Positions 19,667-29,484 of a DNA stretch of 64,000 nucleotides are shown here, piece by piece. A program made the position numbers and the translations under genes. The DNA comes from Myxococcota bacterium (GTDB lineage: Bacteria > Myxococcota_A > UBA9160 > UBA4427): NCBI GenBank assembly GCA_036336835.1, contig JAYZFK010000094.1, forward strand, positions 51,728-115,727, read 5' to 3'. Below the pieces are notes generated by a model that saw nothing but the letters and a program-made list of their open reading frames with translations, had not been told where the DNA came from and searched no databases. Positions within the stretch are counted from its first letter, which is position 1. Each line of letters starts with the position of its first letter.

Positions 19667-22341
19667 TCCTCGCCCTCCTCAGCGAGCTCGCGTTGTAGCT
19701 GCCCGAGCTCGAGAAGCGCATCGAGGGGCGTCGTGCGCTCGACGTCGAGCCCACGCAGTGCCGCCAGCACCTCGCGCTCCGCAGGGCTCGACGAGCTGCC
19801 GCCGCCCAGCGCAAACGCGAGCTGACCGGTGTCGGGCTCCGGCCCACCGCGCGCGAGCCGCGGTCGGCCGCGCGCGTCGAGCTCGCCCCCCTCGAGGTTG
19901 GAAAGGATCTGCTGCGAGCGTTCGATCACGGCATGCGGCAACCCCGCGAGCCGAGCCACCTGGATGCCGTAGGAGCGGCTCGCCCCGCCCGTGACCAGGC
20001 GACGCAGGAACACGACGCGCCCGTCCAGTTCCCGGGCGTCGAAGTGTGCGTTGCGCACGCGCTCCTTGGTCAGCGCCAGCTCGATCAGCTCGTGGAAGTG
20101 CGTCGCAAACAGCGTGCGTGCTGCCAGACCGGGTGTGTCGTGCAGGTACTCCGCCACGGCCCACGCAATCGCGAGGCCGTCGAAGGTAGACGTGCCTCGG
20201 CCGATCTCGTCGAGGATGATCAGACTCCGGTTCGAGGCCTGTCGCAGGATCTCGGCCGTCTCCCGCATCTCGACCATGAAGGTGGACTCCCCGCGCGACA
20301 GCCGATCGGAGGCACCGACGCGCGTGAAGATTCGATCGACCACCCCGATCCGCGCACTCTCGGCGGGCACGAAGCTTCCCAGCTGCGACAGCAACACGAT
20401 CAAGCCGACCTGTCGCAAATAGGTGCTCTTCCCCGACATGTTCGGTCCAGTCAGCAGCAGGATCTGCGAATCGCAGGCGTCGAGCTGCGCGTCGTTGGCC
20501 ACGAAGCCGTCGCCGCCCGCCCGCTCGAGCAGCGCCTCGACGACGGGATGGCGCCCGCCAACGATCGACAGCGCCGTCCCCTCGTCGACGGTGGGCCGCA
20601 CCCATCCGCGCACCCGTGCTGTTTCGGCCAGCGAAGCCAACGCATCGAGCTCCGCCACACCATCGGCTGCGCTGCGGATGCGAGCGCTCTCGGCGACCAC
20701 CTGCTCGCGAAGGCCCTCGAACAGCGACCGTTCGAGCTCGGCGGCCCGCTCGTTGGCGCCGAGCACCCGGCTCTCCATCTCGCGCAGCGCCCCTGTCGTA
20801 AATCGCTCCACGTTGGCGAGAGTCTGCCGGCGCTCGTAGTCATCGGGCACGCGCGACAGCTGACTCTTCGGGACCTCGAGCGAGTAGCCGTGCACCGGGT
20901 GGTAGCGGACCTTCAGATTCGAGATGCCACTGCGCTCGCGCTCATCGGCCTCCAGGCCCGCGATCCACTCACGTCCCTTGTCCGCGCTCTCGCGCAACGC
21001 GTCGAGCTCCGAGCGGTACCCGACGCGGATGTAGCCGGTGGCTCCCGCGCCGCGAGAGCCACGCGCAACGACCGGCGGATCGTCGATCAGCGCGTCGGCG
21101 AGCAGCGCCACGAGCGCGGGCAATACCCCGGGCGGGCGCAGCGACGGGGGCCTCGTGGTCTCCGGCGGCAGCAGACCTTGCTCGTCGGCCTCGAGCACCT
21201 CCACTACCCTCGGTAGCGCCTGGAGGGAGCTGCGCAGCTGACCGAGATCACGCGGCACCGCACCGGGACGCGAGCAGCGGGCGAGCAGCCGCTCGAGATC
21301 TCGAATCGCACGCATGGCTTCGCGCAGACGCGCCCGCGGACGATCGCGCTCGGCCAGGAATGCCACCGCGTCCTGCCTCTCGCGGATTGCCGCCACATCC
21401 AGTAGCGGATAGGCCATCCAGCGCGCGAGTCGACGCGCGCCGAGCGCGGTCGTCGACCGGTCGACCTGCTCGATCAAGGTGCCGCGGCGCCCGCGATCTT
21501 CGCCGTTCTCGAACAGCTCGAGGTGGGTGCGGGTTGCAGAGTCGAGCACCATCGCGTCGGACAGCGCATAGCAACGGAGTCGGGGCGCCTGCGCGAGGGC
21601 GAACGGCTGGTTTTCCCCGAGGTAGCGCAGCAACACGGCGACCGCGTGCTTGGCCGCCTCGCTAGGCGCCGCATCCAGTCCTTCGCACGAGGGCGAGTCG
21701 CTCCCGGGCTCGATCACAGTGACAACGGTGTCCGGCAGCGACTCGCCGAGCGCGCTCTTCACCGCGTCCGCGTGCTCTCTGTTCGCGAGGACCTCGCGCG
21801 GCCCGATCCGTTCGAGTTCCTGCACGATAAGCTCGGGGAGCGGTCCGTCGACGCCATCGCAGGGTGCCGACGTTGCGCGAAAGTCGCCCGTGGAGGCTTC
21901 CAGCACGGCGAGACCGCACACGTCAGCGTGCAGCGCAAGGGCCGCTACCGCGACCTCCCGCTCTCCGGCCAGGCCCGACGGATCGCCGACCAGCCCGGGC
22001 GTCACGACCTCGACCACTTCGCGTCGGACGAGCCGCCGCCCGCCGGCCTTCTTGGCGTCCTCGACCTGCTCGCAGATGGCAACACGGTGGCCCAGTTCAG
22101 CCAGCCGTTTGATGTGCTGGTCGGCGGCGTGTACCGGCACACCACACATCGGCACGGGATCGGGCTTGTTCCGGTCGCGGGTGGTGAGCGCGATGTCGAG
22201 CAGCGGAGCCGCCCGCTCGGCATCGTCCAGGAACATCTCGTAGAAGTCGCCCATCCGGTAGAAGACGATCGCGTCGCGGTGAGCCGCCTTCACCGCGAGG
22301 TATTGCTTCATCATCGGTGTCTCGAGGGCCGAGACCGTCAT
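19663..22341 (-). CDS. mutS: DNA mismatch repair protein MutS
   Basis: TPMMKQY, GDFYEMF, TGPNMSGKSTY, STFMVEM, DEIGRGTST, SYGIQVA. ATG at 22341. Confidence 0.97.
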   Translation of the reverse strand: MTVSALETPMMKQYLAVKAAHRDAIVFYRMGDFYEMFLDDAERAAPLLDIALTTRDRNKPDPVPMCGVPVHAADQHIKRLAELGHRVAICEQVEDAKKAGGRRLVRREVVEVVTPGLVGDPSGLAGEREVAVAALALHADVCGLAVLEASTGDFRATSAPCDGVDGPLPELIVQELERIGPREVLANREHADAVKSALGESLPDTVVTVIEPGSDSPSCEGLDAAPSEAAKHAVAVLLRYLGENQPFALAQAPRLRCYALSDAMVLDSATRTHLELFENGEDRGRRGTLIEQVDRSTTALGARRLARWMAYPLLDVAAIRERQDAVAFLAERDRPRARLREAMRAIRDLERLLARCSRPGAVPRDLGQLRSSLQALPRVVEVLEADEQGLLPPETTRPPSLRPPGVLPALVALLADALIDDPPVVARGSRGAGATGYIRVGYRSELDALRESADKGREWIAGLEADERERSGISNLKVRYHPVHGYSLEVPKSQLSRVPDDYERRQTLANVERFTTGALREMESRVLGANERAAELERSLFEGLREQVVAESARIRSAADGVAELDALASLAETARVRGWVRPTVDEGTALSIVGGRHPVVEALLERAGGDGFVANDAQLDACDSQILLLTGPNMSGKSTYLRQVGLIVLLSQLGSFVPAESARIGVVDRIFTRVGASDRLSRGESTFMVEMRETAEILRQASNRSLIILDEIGRGTSTFDGLAIAWAVAEYLHDTPGLAARTLFATHFHELIELALTKERVRNAHFDARELDGRVVFLRRLVTGGASRSYGIQVARLAGLPHAVIERSQQILSNLEGGELDARGRPRLARGGPEPDTGQLAFALGGGSSSSPAEREVLAALRGLDVERTTPLDALLELGQLQRELAEEGEE

Positions 22342-23348
22342 GCCCCATCCCTCCCGGGAGCCTTCGCCGCCTGGACCGGCGCGAGAACCTCGATCCATTC
22401 TTCGTATGCCTTGAGAGCGTCGGTCTCGCGTCTCTCGGCAAGCAGCAGCCGCCCCAGCTGCGCGCGCGTCTGCGCGTCGCCCGGCGCGGAGTCGAGCAGT
22501 CCGCGCAGCTCGTGAAGCGCCGCGTCCACGTCCCCACGCGCTGCCAGCATTCGCGCCAATGCGCGGCAGGCGGCACGATCGTCGGGTGACCGGGCCAGAC
22601 ACTCTCGCGCGAACGGCTCGAACTCATCCGCCCGCCCGAGCGCCGAGTACGTGGCGGCGATTCGCTCCCACAGCACGTCGGGCTCGTCGGGCCCGCGCTC
22701 CACCGCTCCGCACCAGGCGGCGAGTGCGGCCTTGTCGTGGCCTCGCTCCGCTTCGAGCTCACCGAGCAGCACGCGCGGTGCAGCGGCTCTCGGATCGCGT
22801 TTGATCGCGCGCTTCAGTGTTTTGCGCGCGACCTCGTTCTTGCCGCGTTCGGCCTTCTCGCGGGCCATCTCCGTCAACAGCTCGGACTCTCGCCGCGGGT
22901 CGGCCCGCCGCAGCCAACCCGCGCTCCGCTTGAGCACGGCAATCGCGCTCTCGTGCTGACCGGTCTGCGCAAACAGCTCGACCAGGGCATCGACCGCCTC
23001 GCTGCGGCCCGGGTCTGCCTCGAGCACCTGCTCGTAGGCCGCGATCGCCCGCTCGCGATAGCCGCCCACCTGCAGATCCGCCGCGAGCGCCCGCAGCACC
23101 TGACCGCGCTGTGGCGCGCTGAGATCGCTGCGCAGCAGCAGGTTCTGGTGCACGCGCAGGGCACGGCCGATCTCGCCACGCTCACGATACAGGTGCGCCA
23201 ACGCCAGGTAGGCGACTGCGTCGCTCGAGTCGGCGCGTACCACCTCCGCGAGCTCGCGCTCCGCCGCATCGAGGTCGCCCTCGAGCAACGCCTGCAGCGC
23301 GCGCCGCGTGCGGGCTGCCAGATCGATGCCGCTGTCAGCCCGCGCCAC
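22338..23348 (-). CDS. lapB: TPR protein, LapB (YciM)-like
   Basis: LYRERGEIGRALRVHQNLL, TPR repeats; directly downstream of lapA. Confidence 0.7.
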   Translation of the reverse strand: MARADSGIDLAARTRRALQALLEGDLDAAERELAEVVRADSSDAVAYLALAHLYRERGEIGRALRVHQNLLLRSDLSAPQRGQVLRALAADLQVGGYRERAIAAYEQVLEADPGRSEAVDALVELFAQTGQHESAIAVLKRSAGWLRRADPRRESELLTEMAREKAERGKNEVARKTLKRAIKRDPRAAAPRVLLGELEAERGHDKAALAAWCGAVERGPDEPDVLWERIAATYSALGRADEFEPFARECLARSPDDRAACRALARMLAARGDVDAALHELRGLLDSAPGDAQTRAQLGRLLLAERRETDALKAYEEWIEVLAPVQAAKAPGRDGA

Positions 23349-23360
23349 CGCCTCCCCCGT

Positions 23361-23753
23361 TCACCGAGCCACCTCGACTGGAAGCGACGATGCCGGGGGG
23401 TCGGAGAGCACGTCGGCCTGAGTCCCCTCTGCGGAAATTGCCGCGTCAGCGCGCTCGGCTTCGACCGGCAGATTGCGCAGCTGGTGCACCTCGGATTCGA
23501 GCGCCGCGAGCGTCTTCCGATAGCGACGCTGCGCCAGCGAGGAACGAGTCAGCTGCCCGAACAGGCTCAGCGCCGTCGCCACGATGCCCATCACGAAGCT
23601 CGTCAGCAGTGCCACCCACAGCGGAACGGCAGTGAGCGCGCCGAACAGATAATCGACGCTAACCGGGTCCGCATTGTGGCCGGCAAAGGTCCAGCCGCTG
23701 ACCAGAGCGGCGATGAACACTGCAATCCACAGCCCCCGACGCACATACGACAT
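23361..23753 (-). CDS. lapA: Lipopolysaccharide assembly protein LapA family
   Basis: Two TM segments around FAGHNADPVSVDYL, then a coiled coil; ihfB-lapA-lapB synteny. Confidence 0.8.
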   Translation of the reverse strand: MSYVRRGLWIAVFIAALVSGWTFAGHNADPVSVDYLFGALTAVPLWVALLTSFVMGIVATALSLFGQLTRSSLAQRRYRKTLAALESEVHQLRNLPVEAERADAAISAEGTQADVLSDPPASSLPVEVAR

Positions 23754-23791
23754 CGTTGCCCCCCCTCGTCTCGTCTGTCCCGGCGGTGCGA

Positions 23792-24112
23792 TCAGCCTTC
23801 CTGACCCGATCGCTCCGGGGCCCCGTCCGGGGCGGCGGAGTCGACCATCTCCTTCAGCTCCTTGCCTACCTTGAAGAACGGCGTGCGCTTGGCGCTGATG
23901 TGCACCGGCTCGCCGGTCTTGGGGTTCCGCCCCTCACGCGCCTCGCGCATCTTGACCTGGAAGCTTCCGAACCCGCGGATCTCGATCCGCTCATCGGACT
24001 TCAGTGCTTCGATCATCGAATCGAAGATCGTGTTCACTACGACCTCGGTGTCCTTCTTGGAGATGTGCGGCGTGAGCCGCGCCACCTCTTCTATCAGGCC
24101 GCTCTTCGTCAT
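23792..24112 (-). CDS. ihfB: Integration host factor beta subunit
   Basis: MTKSGLIE, RIEIRGFGSF, GRNPKTGE, FKVGKELKE; follows rpsA. Confidence 0.93.
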   Translation of the reverse strand: MTKSGLIEEVARLTPHISKKDTEVVVNTIFDSMIEALKSDERIEIRGFGSFQVKMREAREGRNPKTGEPVHISAKRTPFFKVGKELKEMVDSAAPDGAPERSGQEG

Positions 24113-25809
24113 TCCGTCTCTTCCCCGTCAGTCTCGTGCGCAGCGAGCTTCTCGGCCAGCAGATCACCGAGCGTGGTTGTCTGGCTCTGAGCCTCGCTGG
24201 CCGCCTGTTCCTTGAGGGCAGCGCGCTCCGTCTTGTCAGTCAGCGCACGGATCGATAGCGAGATCTTCTGCTCGCTCGGATCCACCTTGGTGACCAACGC
24301 GGTCACCTCCTGCCCCTCCGAGAAGTGCTCGGCCGGCTTCTCGATCCGCTCCTGAGCGAGCTCCGAGCTGTAGATCAGGCCCTCGATTCCGTCCTCCAGC
24401 CGCAGGAAGACGCCGAAGTCCGTGATGCTCGACACCGCACCGGTGATCTCGGTCGACACCGGATACTTCTTGCGAATCCCGTCCCACGGATTGGGCAGCA
24501 GCTGTTTGATACCCAGCGAGAACTTCTCGTTCTCCTTGTCGATCTTCAGCACCACGGCCTCGATCTCGTCGCCCTTCTTGAACGTCTCGCTCGGATGTTT
24601 GACCTGCTCGGTCCACGAGATATCCGAGATGTGCACCAGGCCGTCGATGCCCTCCTCGAGTCCGATGAACACGCCAAAGTTGGTGATGTTGCGGACCTGA
24701 CCCGACACGTGGGTACCCACCGGGTACTGCTCCTCGATCACGCTCCACGGATTCGGCTCGATCTGCTTCATGCCAAGCGAGATTTTGCGATCGCGCTCAT
24801 CCACGTCGAGCACCACAGCTTCGACTATGTCGCCGATCGACACCATCTTCGAGGGGTGCTTGACACGCTTGGTCCACGACATCTCGCTGACGTGGACCAG
24901 CCCCTCGATACCCGGCTCGAGTTCGATGAAGGCGCCGTAGTCTGTCAACGACACCACCTTGCCCTCGAGGCGTTTGCCGATCGGGCAACGCATTCCCACG
25001 TCGACCCACGGATCCGGCTGGATCTGCTTGAGGCCCAGTGAAACACGTTCGCTCTCGGGGTCGAACTTGAGCACCTTGACCTTGATCTCGTCGCCAACGT
25101 TGAACAGCTCACTTGGATGCGTGATCCGGCCCCACGACATGTCCGTGATGTGGAGCAGGCCGTCGATCCCTCCAAGATCGATGAACGCACCGTAGTCGGT
25201 GAGGTTCTTGATCACGCCGTCGACGATCTGCCCCTCGGACAACGTCTTGAGGGTCTCGTCGCGCAGCTTGCGGCGTTCGGTCTCGAGCAGGGCTCGCCGC
25301 GACAACACGATGTTTCCGCGGCGCTTGTTGAACTTGATGATCTTGAAATGCATCCGCTCGCCGAGCAGACCCTCTAGATTCCGCACCGGCCGCAGGTCGA
25401 CCTGCGAGCCAGGCAAGAAGGCCTTCACACCGATATCGACGGACAGACCGCCCTTCACCCGCGAGATGATCACGCCCTCGCACGGCTCGTCGCTCTCGTA
25501 GGCCTTCGAGATCTCGTCCCAGACCTTGAGCCGCTCGGCCTTCTCCTTGGACAGCACGATCCGGCCGTCCTCGTCCTCCGACTCCTCGACCAGCACGTCG
25601 ACGGTGTCGCCGACCTTGATCAGGATCTTGCCGTCGTCGCTCATGAATTCCCATGCAGCGACCAGACCCTCGGACTTGCCGCCGACGTCGACCTGGACGT
25701 GGTCTTCGTCGATCGACAACACCGTGCCCTGGACGACCTCCCCTTCCTTGTACTGGGTGGTCTGCTGGCTGAAGAGCTCCGCAAAGCTGATTTCGTTCGA
25801 TTCAGTCAT
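24109..25809 (-). CDS. rpsA: 30S ribosomal protein S1
   Basis: Six S1 repeats (AFLPGSQVD, DGLLHITDMSW, EGLVHVSEMSW). ATG at 25809. Confidence 0.97.
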   Translation of the reverse strand: MTESNEISFAELFSQQTTQYKEGEVVQGTVLSIDEDHVQVDVGGKSEGLVAAWEFMSDDGKILIKVGDTVDVLVEESEDEDGRIVLSKEKAERLKVWDEISKAYESDEPCEGVIISRVKGGLSVDIGVKAFLPGSQVDLRPVRNLEGLLGERMHFKIIKFNKRRGNIVLSRRALLETERRKLRDETLKTLSEGQIVDGVIKNLTDYGAFIDLGGIDGLLHITDMSWGRITHPSELFNVGDEIKVKVLKFDPESERVSLGLKQIQPDPWVDVGMRCPIGKRLEGKVVSLTDYGAFIELEPGIEGLVHVSEMSWTKRVKHPSKMVSIGDIVEAVVLDVDERDRKISLGMKQIEPNPWSVIEEQYPVGTHVSGQVRNITNFGVFIGLEEGIDGLVHISDISWTEQVKHPSETFKKGDEIEAVVLKIDKENEKFSLGIKQLLPNPWDGIRKKYPVSTEITGAVSSITDFGVFLRLEDGIEGLIYSSELAQERIEKPAEHFSEGQEVTALVTKVDPSEQKISLSIRALTDKTERAALKEQAASEAQSQTTTLGDLLAEKLAAHETDGEETE

Positions 25810-26797
25810 GTTGGTTTCGTTGTTTCCTTCGGCTCGCCGACGATTCGACATCGGTCGCGGGGTGGATTTCGGGGCTCGTGCCCCCGGATCGGGCATTCTC
25901 ACGCATCGGGGCGACGCACCGTGGAGCGGCATGCGCGGCCACCTCCATCAGCGTCTCGCCAGCCGCTGCGAGAACTCGTTCGAGTGCTTCGGGGTCGCCG
26001 GCCTCGGCGGCCTGGGCGATCTGCGAGAGCGACTCGCTGAAATGCTGCAGCGGGCCGACCAGTGCCTTGCCGTTGGTCGTCAGGATGTCGGCCCACAGAT
26101 CCGGTCCGCTGTGCGCGATGCGCGTGAAGTCCTGGAAGCCGGCGCCCACGAGCTCCTTCGACGGCGACGGCATGTGCTCGAGCGCATGCGAGAATGCATA
26201 GGCCAGCAGATGGGGAAGGTGGCTCGTCCAGGCGACCTGAGCATCGTGTGCATCCGGATCCCGCCGAACGACACGCGCCCCGAGCGCGGCCCAGAAGTCC
26301 GAGATCCGCTCGCAAGTCCGCTCGTCGGTCGACTCGATCGGCGTCACGACGACGCAGCGGCCGACGAACAGCTCGGCGTCGGCGTGCTCGGCACCGGCGC
26401 GGTGGCTCCCGGCCATCGGGTGCGAGCCGACGAACTGGACCCCCTCGGGCAGCAGGGCCGGAAGGGCTCGGGCGAGATCACCCTTCACGCTGCCCACATC
26501 GGTGACGATGGCGCCCGGGGCGAGATACGGCGCCGCCCGCTCGAGCACTCGCTCCATGGCGGCAATCGGTGTCCCGAGCACGACCAGGTCCGCACCGCCA
26601 ACCACCTCGGCCAGATCGCCAAAGCGATCGATCGTCCCCGCGGCAACGGCAGTCTCCAACGGCCCGCGCCGACGCGCGTATCCCAGGGTCTCGCGCGCGA
26701 CGCCGCGGCTGCGGGCCGCGCGCGCCGTCGAGCCACCCAGCAGGCCGAGCCCGAGCACCGCCAGACGTTCGAAGGCCACGAAGCCCGACGCGCTCAA
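25802..26797 (-). CDS. tyrA: Prephenate/arogenate dehydrogenase
   Basis: GLGLLGGS, TDVGSVK, HPMAGS, HD...SHLPH, DFTRIA. Confidence 0.92.
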   Translation of the reverse strand: MSASGFVAFERLAVLGLGLLGGSTARAARSRGVARETLGYARRRGPLETAVAAGTIDRFGDLAEVVGGADLVVLGTPIAAMERVLERAAPYLAPGAIVTDVGSVKGDLARALPALLPEGVQFVGSHPMAGSHRAGAEHADAELFVGRCVVVTPIESTDERTCERISDFWAALGARVVRRDPDAHDAQVAWTSHLPHLLAYAFSHALEHMPSPSKELVGAGFQDFTRIAHSGPDLWADILTTNGKALVGPLQHFSESLSQIAQAAEAGDPEALERVLAAAGETLMEVAAHAAPRCVAPMRENARSGGTSPEIHPATDVESSASRRKQRNQHD

Positions 26798-27891
26798 GGA
26801 ACCGCCTCCTCGAACTTTCGCAGCGCCTTGACGAAGCGTTCGTTCTCGTCTGGCGTCCCGATGGTGATGCGCACGAAGTCCGGCAAGCCGAAGCCGTGCA
26901 GCGGCCGCACGATCACACCCTCGGAAAGCAGCGCTTCGTAGGCTCCGGCGCCGGTTCGGGCGAGCAGGAAGTTCGCATCGGTGGGCCAGACCTCGATCCC
27001 GAGGGCATCGAGCTCGCTCTCGAGATATCGCGCGCCCTCGTCGTTGGTGCGCTGCGCGCGGGCGACGTGCGCGGTGTCATCGAGCGCCGCAACCGCTGCC
27101 ACCTCCGCGAGCCGATTGACGTTGAACGGATGGCGGGCCCGGTGCAGGAAGCCCGCCAGCTCCTCGTCCGCAATCGCGTAGCCAACGCGCAAGCCGGCGA
27201 GACCGTAGATCTTGCTGAATGTGCGCAGCACCACGGTGCCCGGACGGCGACGCGTCCAGCCGATCGCCTCGGGAAAGTCTTTGCGGCGCACGTACTCGAA
27301 GTAGGCCTCATCGATGCAGACCACGACGTCGTCGGGCACCCGCGCCATGAAGTCCTCGAAGACCTCGGCGCCGAAGCTCGTCCCAGTGGGGTTGTTCGGA
27401 TTGCACAGAATCACGAGCCGCGTCTGGTCTCCGATCGCCTCGGCGATCGCGTCGAGATCGTGCACCTGCGCCGAGCTGAGCGGTACGGCCGTTGCGGTCG
27501 CCCCCATCCCCCTCGCGATCAACGGATACATCGCAAACGACGGCCAGGCGTAGACGACGTCGCGTCCCGGAGCCAGCAGCACCTTCGCCAGCAGCTCGAG
27601 CATTTCGTCGGCGCCGCAGCCAAAGACCAGCTGCGCCTCCGAGACGCCGAGACGCCGGGCGAGCTTGCTGCGCAGCACAAAGCTCTCGCCGTCGGGATAT
27701 CGGTTCACTCCGTCGAGCTCTGCACGCATGGCCGCAATGGCCTTCGGCGACGGCCCGAGAGGGTTCTCGTTGGAAGCCAGCTTGATCGAGCCCGAGATGC
27801 CGAGTTCCCGCTCGAGCGCCTCGACGGGCTTGCCGGGCTGGTACGGCGCGAGATCGAGAATGTGCGGGTTGATGCGATCGCGCAGCGCCAT
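26794..27891 (-). CDS. hisC: Histidinol-phosphate aminotransferase
   Basis: YQPGKP, KLASNENP, NPNNPTG, DEAY, RTFSKIYGLAGLRVGY. Confidence 0.95.
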   Translation of the reverse strand: MALRDRINPHILDLAPYQPGKPVEALERELGISGSIKLASNENPLGPSPKAIAAMRAELDGVNRYPDGESFVLRSKLARRLGVSEAQLVFGCGADEMLELLAKVLLAPGRDVVYAWPSFAMYPLIARGMGATATAVPLSSAQVHDLDAIAEAIGDQTRLVILCNPNNPTGTSFGAEVFEDFMARVPDDVVVCIDEAYFEYVRRKDFPEAIGWTRRRPGTVVLRTFSKIYGLAGLRVGYAIADEELAGFLHRARHPFNVNRLAEVAAVAALDDTAHVARAQRTNDEGARYLESELDALGIEVWPTDANFLLARTGAGAYEALLSEGVIVRPLHGFGLPDFVRITIGTPDENERFVKALRKFEEAVP

Positions 27892-27892
27892 G

Positions 27893-29062
27893 CTAGGCAG
27901 CCCCGGTCGCGGAGCGCGACTCCAGCGCGCCGTGGCTCGCCGCCGGATAGGAGCCAAGCGTCTTGTGCGAGTGGGCGACAGCCGCCGCATCCTTCAGCGC
28001 CCGGGCCACCGCGGGGTCCTCCACGTGGCCCTCGAGATCGACGAAGAACAGATACTCCCAGGGCTTGCCCTTCATCGGCCGCGACTGTACCGCCGTCAGG
28101 TTCACACCGTGGGCTGCAAACGGCTCCAGCAACCGGAACAGCGCGCCACTCTGGTCCTTGCTCACGGTGAAGACCGCCGAGGTCAGATCGTTGCCGCTGC
28201 GGGCAGGCCGATCGCGTCCGATCACCAGAAAGCGAGTGCTGTTGCCCTTGCGATCCTCGATCGAAGGCTCGAGCACCTCGATGTCATAGGCCTCGGCCGC
28301 CACCTCGCTGCCGATCGCCGCAAAGGTGGAGTCGCTGGCCGCAACCTGAGCAGCCGTCGCCGTGCTCGCCATCTCTACGATCTCGATACCGGGCAGCTCG
28401 CGCTGGAGCCAGCCGCGGCACTGCGCGAGAGACTGGGGGTGCGACCCAACCCGCTTGATGCGATCGAGCGAGCCCGCATTCGTGAGTAGATTCTGCTTGA
28501 TCTCGAGCAGCAGCTCGCCGCAGATCGTGACCTCGGACTCGACCAGTGAATCAAAGCACTCGGTCACCGCCCCCTCAGTCGTGTTCTCGACGGGCACGAC
28601 TCCGTAGTGCGCGAGCTCGCGCTCGCACAGGTCGAAGACGTCGCGGATGTGCGCAGCCACGACGAGCTCGGCCAACGCGCCGAACTGCCGCACCGCGGCC
28701 TGGTGGCTGAACGTTCCCTCGGGCCCGAGGAATGCGACGCGCACCACCTCCTCGAGCGACCGCGTCGCCGAGATGACCTCCCGGAAGACGTGCTCGATGC
28801 CCCGGTCCGGGAAGGGCCCGGCGTTGCGGCGGGTGAGGCTCGCGATCAAATCGCGTTCACGGGAGGCGACGTAGACCGGGGCGCGACCGTTTCGCGCCTT
28901 CAACTCGCCGACCTGCTTCACCAGCCCGGCACGCAGATTGAGCCGGTCGAGGAGTTCGCTGTCGACCTCGTCGATCGCTGCGCGCAGACGTCCGAGGTCT
29001 GCGTCGAACTCCGGCGAGGTCGCGGGCTCGGCAGCGGCGTCGGGTCCTTTTGCATCGGACAT
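27893..29062 (-). CDS. pheA: Chorismate mutase/prephenate dehydratase
   Basis: LRAAIDEVD CM domain, FLGPEGTFS, PVENTTEG, SHPQSLAQC, NSTRF, ACT domain SRP. Confidence 0.95.
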   Translation of the reverse strand: MSDAKGPDAAAEPATSPEFDADLGRLRAAIDEVDSELLDRLNLRAGLVKQVGELKARNGRAPVYVASRERDLIASLTRRNAGPFPDRGIEHVFREVISATRSLEEVVRVAFLGPEGTFSHQAAVRQFGALAELVVAAHIRDVFDLCERELAHYGVVPVENTTEGAVTECFDSLVESEVTICGELLLEIKQNLLTNAGSLDRIKRVGSHPQSLAQCRGWLQRELPGIEIVEMASTATAAQVAASDSTFAAIGSEVAAEAYDIEVLEPSIEDRKGNSTRFLVIGRDRPARSGNDLTSAVFTVSKDQSGALFRLLEPFAAHGVNLTAVQSRPMKGKPWEYLFFVDLEGHVEDPAVARALKDAAAVAHSHKTLGSYPAASHGALESRSATGAA

Positions 29063-29484
29063 CGTGGACGCGCTCCCGGCCCGAGTGGTTTGCGACACGC
29101 GGCTCGGACCTCGGTTGCCCGGACACACGCTGCCGGCGAAGGGGACCCGGCACATCAAAGGCGAGGCCTCCGCGGGGAGCGGGCACGAAAGCGAGCGGTA
29201 TCGCCGCTAATCCCGCGAAAAGGCTGGCGGAAGATACTCGAGCGCACCTCGTGTCGCAAATCCCATTTTGTCCAATTCAATAGCGAAGACAAGGGGTTAT
29301 CGCATTCTCCCAGCGGGCGACCCGGCGGATATGCAACTCCCGGCGCAACCCATTAGAAAAGCAAAGGATCTTCCGCATAACGCCCGCTCTCGGCGGCCGA
29401 GACCCTCTCGCACCGCAGTGCCGGCCAGCCACCGGGACAACGGACAAGATCACCTCGACTGTAGTGATTTGCACTCACTATGTG

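Noticed and set aside
19663..22602. Over-extended N-termini in the ORF track (mutS, trpA, trpF, trpD, queG, dcd, GDPD, DUF4262)
   Set aside because: The extensions overlap neighbouring genes; downstream starts with stop/start overlaps fit the family N-termini, so these are not fusions.
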